A stretch of DNA of 63,528 nt, the filler included, from Octopus bimaculoides (taxonomy: Eukaryota): the NCBI RefSeq assembly GCF_001194135.2. It is 6 parts of 6 records of this genome, joined end to end, with 100 filler letters (N's around TTAATTAATTAA, not from the genome) between each part and the next. Parts side by side here need not be neighbours in the genome. Positions count along the whole stretch, not along the records: positions 59,270 to 63,528 come from NC_068997.1; 5 more parts are not named here. One strand, 5' to 3'. A program made the position numbers and the translations under genes. Positions 61,590-63,528 of this stretch are shown one piece after another. The notes beneath the pieces were generated by a model. It saw only the letters and a program-made list of their open reading frames with translations, did no database searches and was not told the origin of the DNA. The first letter of the stretch is position 1, and every line of letters starts with the position of its first letter.

Positions 61590-62560
61590 GTGAGAAAAGT
61601 TGATAGGGTAAAAAGAATGCTATTCTTTTCTTTATCTTTTTCAGATATTTGCCATGTAGGGACATTTCTTGCTTTTGTTTTAGAATTCCATGGAAACCTA
61701 GAACTTGCTTTTAGCTGCGTTTAGCTTTCATACGAATTCAATAGTTTTAGCTCTGAAAAAACTTCTCCCTTCCTTCACCTTATAAATATCTTTCATTTTT
61801 CTTTTTTTAAAGCCTGTTTTGTGTTTGTTAGATTCCTCGAAGACAGAAAACAGTTGCTTTTTGTTTGTATTTTGTTATGTTTTTTATTACGTTCATATTT
61901 TGTAGTCATTTGTATTAGCTTTCAGTTCTTCTTTACTAGTATCTCTGTTGTCCTGCAGTCGATATTATATAACCGTTTTATAGTTACTAAGCAACTACAA
62001 AGCTATTACATAATATCAACTAATGTCCACTGTATTCGTGTTTTTAATATAATCTTTCTTTATCTAATTTTCTGTGGTGTAGGCTAAATGCGGTCGGTAT
62101 CCATGTTGTTTTTATTTTTCTATCTACACTCTTGTTAATTGATTTAATGTCTAGTTAATAATATTATAACTACAATTTATAAATGGAACAGCTGATATAT
62201 TGAAACCAACTAATGCATTTTTTTATTCATTCATTTCTTCCTGAAATATTAATCTAATGCGTCTATACTTTTCCTTCTTAATCTTTATATATTTTTTTCA
62301 TATGCGTATTGTCTTGTGTCAACTTTATTGAATCCTAAATGTTAGCAAGTCTGTGTTTTCATCCAATGCTCTTGTCTCTGTTTCTTTATCTAGCATGACA
62401 TTACCATTCGTAATTATTTTTCTTCGCTTCGAGATTACTTTGGCGAAATTTTTCTAATCTGAATATCGTATTAATTTTCCCTTGTATTGTCTGCAGTGGT
62501 GTTTCTAATTGTTTATTAACTGCACCATACAACTTGTGGATGTCTATTTACAAAAGCTGA
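61590..62560 (-). mobile_element. Heavily decayed R4/Dong-clade LINE ORF fragment
   Basis: Frameshifted minus translation gives KYRRIRLIFQEEMN, AVPFINCSYNIIN, VDRKIK, DKERLY and LHGKYL, matching the post-RT region of this clade. Confidence 0.6.
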
Positions 62561-62659
62561 TTGGTCACACATAGAATTTATGCCGAAGTCCATTCTGGTT
62601 TCGCACCATTTTGTGTAAGGTACTTTGTCTTTTGATATTGTTCTCAATATCTTGGAATT

Positions 62660-62845
62660 TGTTATAAGACAGTGATCTAGCAGAATCGTTTGCACGCCAT
62701 TCTGAGTTCGAATTCCACGAGGGTCGACTTTTGTCTTTCGTCCTTCCGGGGTCGATAAAATAAATACTAGTTGATGACTGGAGTCAATGTAATCAACTTG
62801 ACTCCCTCCCACCTTGTGCCAAAATTTGAAACCATTATTATTAAT
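62660..62845 (+). mobile_element. SINE family A
   Basis: ttctgagttcgaattccacgagggtcgacttttgtctttcgtccttccggggtcgataaaataa. Confidence 0.75.
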
Positions 62846-62934
62846 ATGAAAGCGAAATTTATAGTCTTGTGTCAAAATTTGACTTTGTGGCTTACAAATC
62901 ATCACTGCCATCATCATCATCATTATCATCATCA

Positions 62935-62983
<49 letters not shown>

Positions 62984-63028
62984 GATTATTATTATTATTG
63001 TAAGGCGNNNNNNNNNNTATTATTATTG

Positions 63029-63229
63029 TAAGGCGGCTAGAAGGCAGAAATGCTACCGTACCGGACAAAATGCTTAGCGGCATGTCGTCCGAGATCTAAT
63101 TCCACCACGGTCGACTTTGCCTTTCATCCTTTCGAGATCGATAAAATAAGTACCAGTCGTGCACTGGGGTCGACGTGATTGACATAGCCTCTCTACCAAA
63201 ATTGCTGGCCTTCCGCCAAAATTTCAAAC

Positions 63230-63235
<6 letters not shown>
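63029..63235 (+). mobile_element. SINE family A inside a (TTA)n tract
   Basis: aaggcggc...aaatgcttagcggc...ggtcgactttgcctttcatcctttcg..atcgataaaataagtaccag. Confidence 0.8.
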
Positions 63236-63289
<54 letters not shown>

Positions 63290-63369
63290 GGCGGAGAGGA
63301 GCTTTAGAAAGCACACTATAAGTTTACTAGCTAGATTATGTGCGTGTGTGTGTGTGTGTGTGTACATTT

Positions 63370-63434
<65 letters not shown>

Positions 63435-63436
<2 letters not shown>

Positions 63437-63528
63437 CGACGAGCTTCCTTCAGTTTCCGTCTACCAAATCCACTCACGAGGCTTTGGTGGACTCGTGGCT
63501 ATAATAGAAGACATTTGCCAAAGGTGCT
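63435..63528 (-). mobile_element. SINE family B 3' part, cut by the window edge
   Basis: acgacgagcttccttcagtttccgtctaccaaatccactcacgaggctttgg...gctataatagaagacatttgcc. Confidence 0.75.

Noticed and set aside
62991-63035. tattattattgtaaggcg duplicated across a short gap
   Set aside because: Redundant contig-end overlap artefact.

Overview
Gap-rich, AT-rich animal genomic DNA, very probably an octopus. That is an inference from the repeat families, the dense microsatellites and the C2H2 array style; the sequence itself does not name a species. The only intact protein-coding content is two minus-strand, single-coding-exon C2H2 zinc-finger array genes: 34918-36294 (15 fingers) and 40324-42150 (19 canonical plus 2 degenerate fingers). 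Neither has a recognisable KRAB, SCAN or BTB domain. The rest is a layered set of decayed elements: Tc1/mariner and pogo-like DNA transposons, Ty3/Gypsy pol, Penelope-like elements (PLE) with hammerhead-like motifs, RTE, CR1/L2 and R4/Dong LINE fragments, about five tRNA-derived SINE families (A-E are my own labels) and two fold-back MITEs with telomere-like repeats. The most informative signal is non-coding and lies in 26276-42157. A putative promoter/5'-exon module with a conserved GT donor occurs three times. The block from the ZNF-B downstream flank to the ZNF-A 5' exon is duplicated at 27776-29489. This predicts at least one, probably two, further ZNF genes lost in assembly gaps. Both ZNF arrays also continue past their stop codons as decayed fingers. 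Most long ORFs in the supplied track are artefacts of N-gaps or microsatellites. Transposon boundaries were read by eye and are approximate to tens of bp.
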